DNA from: Candidatus Thermosaccharophagus tengchongensis | GTDB taxonomy: Bacteria > Armatimonadota > Fervidibacteria > Fervidibacterales > Thermosaccharophagaceae | NCBI GenBank assembly: GCA_032161105.1 | Contig: JAVHTD010000013.1 | Direction: 5' to 3' (one strand) | Length of the DNA: 64,000 bases | Notes under the pieces: generated by a model | What the model was told of the DNA's origin: nothing | Seen by the model: only the letters and a program-made list of their open reading frames with translations | Databases searched by the model: none | Made by a program: the position numbers and the translations under genes | Shown here: in pieces, positions 58,967-64,000 of the stretch | How positions within the stretch are numbered: position 1 is the stretch's first letter | How the letters are laid out: every line of letters starts with the position of its first letter

Positions 58967-60382
58967 ATGGAGGCGGAGGTGGGAGAGATGTTTCACATGA
59001 TGCGCAAAGAGCTTACAGCGTGGCGCAATCGGATTGCTTGGCTGATAACGAGTGTTGGCAGAGCCAAGTTGAGCATACTCCCGGATGGCGGGGAGGGAGA
59101 AAAGAGCTTAGCTGAGGAACTGGTCACGGCATTGAGGCTCGCATTCTCTCAGCCGCGTCTCAGCCTCATGATGTTCATTCAGTATGCAGTTTGGGGAGCT
59201 TGGTTTCCAGCTCTTTCGGGTTACCTTGAGAAGCACCTCGGGTTTGCTGGGAAACAGATTGGATGGATATACAGCATGCTTCCGCTCGCCAACTTGATTG
59301 TGCCATTCACTGCCGGACAAGTCGCGGATAGATGGCTACCGGCGCAAATTGCATTGAGCCTATTCCATCTCACCGGCGGGTTGATCATGCTCGCCATGGC
59401 TTTTCAGAGCGGCTTTTGGACACTGCTTATGCTCATGCTTATCTGCGCTATCCTATATGCACCAACACTCGCCCTGACAAACACGATTGCATTGCGCAAC
59501 CTTGTGGATCCGAAGAGGGAGTTCGGTCCAATAAGGGTGTGGGGAACGATAGGTTGGATAGTTTCTGGATTGTTGCTCACTGTGCTGCGCAACTTCTTTG
59601 GGAGTGAGGGTTGGCGTCTCTCCCCGGAAGTGAGAGTCATTGATGTATTCGTGCTCGCCAGTGTGCTCTCGTTCATCATGTGCATCGTCTCATTAACTTT
59701 GCCGCACACACCACCGGTTAAGGAGGCGCCAGACCCGCTTGCCTTCAGAAGGGCATTTGTGCTCTTGCGCAACAGAAGCTACCTCACCTTCTTCATCATC
59801 GCCTTCGTTGTGGCGACGGAACTTCAACTCTACTATGTCCTCACATTCCCATTCCTCTCGCAATGGCAGGGGAAGGTTTACGGGATAACCACCGAGAACC
59901 TGCCGGCATACATGACCATAGCTCAGATAGCTGAGATATTCGTGATGACATTCATGCTGCCATATGGGTTGCCGAGATGGGGTGTCAGAAATTCGCTGCT
60001 TATAGGTTTGATAGCATGGCCTGCGCGATATTTCATCTTCTCAATTGCATGGTCGTTGTATGCCACTGCGCCAGCTTTCGTTTGGCTCGCCATAGCTGCT
60101 CTGGCGTTACATGGATTTTGCTATGTCTTCTTCTTCGTTGTGGCTTTCATCTACACGGATATGGTTGCGCCACCCGACATCAGAGCATCGGCACAGTCGC
60201 TTATTAACCTCGCTGTGCTCGGCGTTGGATTGCTAATCGGCAGTTGGTTTGCCGGTTGGTTAAAGGATATCTGCACCAATGCATCCGGGATGACAAATTA
60301 CACCATCGTATTTCTCGTGCCGGGCATCATCACCTTGATATGCGCATTCATATTCGCAACCCTATTCCGAGAGGAGCGCTAA
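58967..60382 (+). CDS. Nucleoside:H+ symporter family MFS (NupG/XapB-like)
   Basis: RLSLMMFIQYAVWGAW, GQVADR, IRVWGTIGWI, LPHTPP, QIAEI, LHGFCY.FF. Confidence 0.88.
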   Translation: MEAEVGEMFHMMRKELTAWRNRIAWLITSVGRAKLSILPDGGEGEKSLAEELVTALRLAFSQPRLSLMMFIQYAVWGAWFPALSGYLEKHLGFAGKQIGWIYSMLPLANLIVPFTAGQVADRWLPAQIALSLFHLTGGLIMLAMAFQSGFWTLLMLMLICAILYAPTLALTNTIALRNLVDPKREFGPIRVWGTIGWIVSGLLLTVLRNFFGSEGWRLSPEVRVIDVFVLASVLSFIMCIVSLTLPHTPPVKEAPDPLAFRRAFVLLRNRSYLTFFIIAFVVATELQLYYVLTFPFLSQWQGKVYGITTENLPAYMTIAQIAEIFVMTFMLPYGLPRWGVRNSLLIGLIAWPARYFIFSIAWSLYATAPAFVWLAIAALALHGFCYVFFFVVAFIYTDMVAPPDIRASAQSLINLAVLGVGLLIGSWFAGWLKDICTNASGMTNYTIVFLVPGIITLICAFIFATLFREER

Positions 60383-60468
60383 ACGAGATCCCGCACGCTA
60401 TCTACGGCGCTATACACACTCCGCAGGCTGTGCAGCTGCGACATACAAGTCAGATGAGGTGATGCTCC

Positions 60469-61368
60469 ATGGGCAGCAACAATGAGGGGCGAATAAAGGT
60501 GCTGCTTGATACCGACATCGGCTCTGACATTGATGACGCGCTTTGCTTAGCTTATCTGCTCATGCAGCCGAGGTGCGAACTGCTCGGCATCACAACCGTG
60601 ACTGGGGAGCCGGATAAGAGAGCAATGCTTGCAAGTGCAATCTGCATTGCTGCCGGTAAGGACGCCATCCCGATAAAACCCGGCTCGCCAAAGCCACTGC
60701 TCATTGAGCAGCGCCAGAAGACAGCACCACAGGCTGAAGTCCTGCCCCGATGGAAGCATGCCACAGATATGCCGAAGTTTGAAGCCGTCCAATTCCTCAG
60801 GGAGATAATACGCTCGCACCCGAAAGAAGTCACGCTGCTGACAATCGGACCGCTTACAAACATAGGCTTGCTGTTCGCCATGGATCCGGAAATACCGACG
60901 ATGCTCAACCAACTCGTGATGATGTGCGGGGCTTACAAAGTTGGGAAGAGAGAGTGGAATGCCGTTGTAGACCCACACGCCACTGCAATCGTTTTTAACG
61001 CCACAGTGAGAAAGGTTGTGGCAGTTGGCTTAGATGTGACCACACGATGCGTGATAAATGCCGAGGAGTTCCGCAAGCGCTTCAAAGGGACGCCACTGCT
61101 TGACCTCATCCGTGAAATGGCTGAGGTTTGGTTTAAGGGGACAGAAAGGGTGGTCTTCCACGACCCGCTTGCTGCATCGCTCATATTTGAGCCCGACATA
61201 TGCAAGTATGAGCAGGGGCTTGTTGTTGTGAACTTGAGTGATGGAGAGGCACTTGGAGAGACAACATTCCTCCCGAAGGGTGATGGGAGACATACGGTTG
61301 CAACCGATGTTGATGTGGGGCGCTTCTTTGAGCATTACTTTTCCGTTGTCTGCGGTTCGCAGCGCTGA
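60469..61368 (+). CDS. Nucleoside hydrolase (IUNH family)
   Basis: DTDIGSDIDD, IGPLTN, EWN..DP, GLDVT, HDP. Confidence 0.93.
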   Translation: MGSNNEGRIKVLLDTDIGSDIDDALCLAYLLMQPRCELLGITTVTGEPDKRAMLASAICIAAGKDAIPIKPGSPKPLLIEQRQKTAPQAEVLPRWKHATDMPKFEAVQFLREIIRSHPKEVTLLTIGPLTNIGLLFAMDPEIPTMLNQLVMMCGAYKVGKREWNAVVDPHATAIVFNATVRKVVAVGLDVTTRCVINAEEFRKRFKGTPLLDLIREMAEVWFKGTERVVFHDPLAASLIFEPDICKYEQGLVVVNLSDGEALGETTFLPKGDGRHTVATDVDVGRFFEHYFSVVCGSQR

Positions 61369-61541
61369 GTCATATCAGCACACAGAATTTACCAAACGTC
61401 GCCAAAGGTTTTTGGGATCTGACTACGGCGTTTGGTGTGGGTCGATTGACACATCATTTTCAAGTTGCGCAGCACCGATGCACGCGCTAAGTTTCTAATA
61501 TGATGGGCGCTGAGCAGATGCTCAGCGTCTGGTGAGCTGCC

Positions 61542-62507
61542 ATGAAAGCGGACAAGTTTGATGCAAGCGATGAATGGTATGCGAGGATGGCAGAAGTGAG
61601 GAGACAACTTGAGGAGCTGAAGAGGTCGCTTTCCATCTCTGAGTTTCTTCACGGGTATTACAATGTCATCCTGAACTACCTTGAGGGGCTTGCACCATAT
61701 GGAATTAAGTGGCTAAAAGCAATGCAAGCCATGCTTCAGTATGAGGCGTGGCGGCATAAAGCCATGCGCTCAGTCAAGGAATCCTCAAACATGAACCTGT
61801 TGCTTGTGCTCGGTGTGGAGATGAGGAATGCCCTTGCCAGGTTGCTCCAGCAGCTTGAGCGCATGTCCCCACAGAACTCGTTTGAAACCATAGTGCTTCA
61901 CCTGCTACAAGCTGAATGCCTTTATCAGCTTGGGTATACAAATGAAGTGATTGAGGCACTTGATAAAGCCGTTGAGGCTGGGTGTGATCATCCGCTTGTA
62001 TACTTTGCGCTCGGATTCAACATCTACAGGCAGGCACTTCAGAATTATGTTGAGATTGAGCCGGCCACTCAAAGGGCGGTCATCACCGACAGGAAGGAGT
62101 TTGAGGAGCTGTGTGAAAGAGCCATTGGGGCGTTTCGCTCCGGCATATCCGACGCCGGGATGGAGCCAATGGACGCGCAACTCCATTTTTGGATTGGCAT
62201 CGTTTATGAGACGCTCGGAAGGCATAACGAGGCGAGGAAGGAATATGAGACTGCGCTTGAGATAGCCCCGGAGCTCTCAAGGGAGATTGAACAAAGGCTC
62301 AAGCACCTTCAACGCACTGAGGCTCAAGCCGGCAAGCAGGTGAAGGAGGCACAGATGGAAGAGCCAGCAGAGCCGCAAGAAATGAAGAGAGTTGAAGGGC
62401 TTGGCAGGATAACGGATGAGGAGTTATCCAAGATGAACGACCTTCTCGGCAGGATAGACACACTCTCCGAACTTCTAAAGGGCAGTGAGGGCGCAGAAGA
62501 TAATTGA
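61542..62507 (+). CDS. Tetratricopeptide-repeat protein
   Basis: HFWIGIVYETLGRHNEARKEYETALEIAP and related helical repeats. Confidence 0.72.
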   Translation: MKADKFDASDEWYARMAEVRRQLEELKRSLSISEFLHGYYNVILNYLEGLAPYGIKWLKAMQAMLQYEAWRHKAMRSVKESSNMNLLLVLGVEMRNALARLLQQLERMSPQNSFETIVLHLLQAECLYQLGYTNEVIEALDKAVEAGCDHPLVYFALGFNIYRQALQNYVEIEPATQRAVITDRKEFEELCERAIGAFRSGISDAGMEPMDAQLHFWIGIVYETLGRHNEARKEYETALEIAPELSREIEQRLKHLQRTEAQAGKQVKEAQMEEPAEPQEMKRVEGLGRITDEELSKMNDLLGRIDTLSELLKGSEGAEDN

Positions 62508-62620
62508 GCCGCAGCCAATGCTGCCCATCTGGCACAACGGATTTATGACACCCTTATGTCCAGCGGCTGAATGCTACATCGTGATGGCACGGATGCGGGC
62601 TTGGTCAAGAGGTGTGAAAG

Positions 62621-63496
62621 GTGTGCAGGTTTGAACATCATGCCCCAACGACACTTGAAGAGGTGATAATCCTTCTAACAAAGTTTGGTGCTGAGGCGAG
62701 GTTGCTTGCCGGCGGAACTGACTTGCTTGTCTTCATGAGGCATGGTCGCTTAGCGCCAAAGCACATAATTGAGCTCTCAAAGGTGAATGAACTGACTCGC
62801 ATTGATGAGACGAAGGACGGTTTCATCATTGGGGCATGCGTCAAACTGCGTGACATAGAGCGCAACGAATCCATAAGGCGCTGCTACACGCACATAGCTG
62901 AGGCAGCAAGCCAAGTTGGCTCAGTTCAAATACGCAACCTTGCTACCATAGGGGGGAATTTGTGCACCGCATCGCCAGCTGGGGACATGATACCAGCCCT
63001 CATGGTCTCAGATGCAGAATTGCGCATTGCTGGGACAAACGGAATGCGCACCCTCAAGATGGAGGAGTTCTTTAAAGGACCCAATGAGACTGCGCTAAGC
63101 GCAACTGAAGTGCTTGTCAGCATACACCTGCCGCCGCCAAAGCCGCGCACCGGTGGAGCTTTCTTCAAGCTCGGTGTGCGCAACGCTATGGATATCTCAA
63201 TTGCGAGCGCAGCAGCCAAAATCACGATGAGTGAATCCTCACCGGAGGTTGTGAGTGAAGTCAAGGTAGCCCTTGGCTCAGTTGCGCCTACTGTTATTCT
63301 CTCACGGAATGTTGAAAGGGTGCTCATCGGGAAGCGCATCAGTGATGCACTTATTGAAGAGGCAGCCCGCTCCGTAATGGACGAAGTCAAACCGATCACC
63401 GACCACAGGGCTTCAGAGCAATACCGACGACTGATGGCATCTGTGCTGACTAAGAGGGCGCTCAAACTTGCGCTGCAAAGGGCAATTGGAAAGTAG
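62621..63496 (+). CDS. Xanthine dehydrogenase/CoxM-family FAD-binding subunit
   Basis: AGGTDL, QIRNLATIGGNLC.ASP.GD, PITDHRAS..YR. Confidence 0.93.
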   Translation: MCRFEHHAPTTLEEVIILLTKFGAEARLLAGGTDLLVFMRHGRLAPKHIIELSKVNELTRIDETKDGFIIGACVKLRDIERNESIRRCYTHIAEAASQVGSVQIRNLATIGGNLCTASPAGDMIPALMVSDAELRIAGTNGMRTLKMEEFFKGPNETALSATEVLVSIHLPPPKPRTGGAFFKLGVRNAMDISIASAAAKITMSESSPEVVSEVKVALGSVAPTVILSRNVERVLIGKRISDALIEEAARSVMDEVKPITDHRASEQYRRLMASVLTKRALKLALQRAIGK

Positions 63497-63521
63497 CGTA
63501 AGGTTGCGAGGGGGAGTGAAA

Positions 63522-64000
63522 GTGAGCATCACCAAGAGAGTGAGGTTGCGCGTAAACGGAGTTGAGCACGAATTGGATGTGCAGCCGTATGAGCGATTGA
63601 TTGATGTGCTGAGGTATCGTCTCGGCTTGACCGGGACAAAGGAGGGTTGCAGCACCGGCGACTGTGGTGCGTGCTCTGTGCTGATGGATGGGAAGGTAGT
63701 GCCATCGTGCCTTGTGTTGGCTGTAAGCGCCGATGGACGGGAGATAATCACAATTGAGGGCTTAGCTGATGGTGATCAACTTCACCTGATCCAACAGGCT
63801 TTCATTGAATGCGGTGCAGTTCAGTGCGGCTTCTGCACTCCGGGGATGATATTGGCTACAAAGGCGCTGCTTGACGAAAATCCCAACCCAACGGTTGAGG
63901 AAATAAAGAGCGCTCTATCGGGCAACCTTTGCAGGTGCACGGGCTATGTGAAGATAATTGAGGCTGTCATGGCTGCAGCAGCTAAACTCAAGCCATGCAG
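63522..64000 (+). CDS. Xanthine dehydrogenase/CoxS-family 2x[2Fe-2S] subunit (runs off window end)
   Basis: Manual translation: GTKEGCSTGDCGAC...SC...TIEGL...QCGFCTPG...GNLCRCTGY. Confidence 0.93.
   Translation, partial: MSITKRVRLRVNGVEHELDVQPYERLIDVLRYRLGLTGTKEGCSTGDCGACSVLMDGKVVPSCLVLAVSADGREIITIEGLADGDQLHLIQQAFIECGAVQCGFCTPGMILATKALLDENPNPTVEEIKSALSGNLCRCTGYVKIIEAVMAAAAKLKPC

Overview
Gene-dense bacterial chromosome segment of roughly mid-50s %GC by eye, with strong GGAGGTGA/GGGGTGA Shine-Dalgarno sites. The gene repertoire suggests a thermophilic Armatimonadota/Fervidibacteria-like organism (tentative). Core genes: uvrC, lpdA, folE2-queD, pstS, der, yceD-rpmF, a LonC-type protease, pcrA, pyrG, folB-folK, murJ and rnpB. 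Other genes: carbohydrate/envelope genes (GH26, GH38, two related GT4-type glycosyltransferases, PMM, NDP-sugar pyrophosphorylase, a DPPR-synthase-like UbiA), three Tad minor-pilin genes, an orphan luxE, a rubredoxin missed by the ORF track, and the start of a xanthine/CO dehydrogenase operon. Main points of interest: (1) the type A RNase P RNA has no P18 helix; (2) a low-GC ~2 kb foreign block just downstream of rnpB carries a frameshifted CPR/tail-fibre-style gene fragment and an intact lipoprotein metalloprotease, between decayed kinase/WD40 remnants; (3) TCGA, ACGT, GTAC and CTAG are almost absent from the host DNA I scanned but dense in that block; (4) a candidate anti-SD RNA switch lies upstream of a GT4 gene; (5) a secreted Ig-like protein carries a near-perfect 294-bp tandem repeat. 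No tRNA, rRNA, CRISPR array, integrase, transposase or reverse transcriptase was recognised. All calls come from reading motifs by eye; no searches were run.
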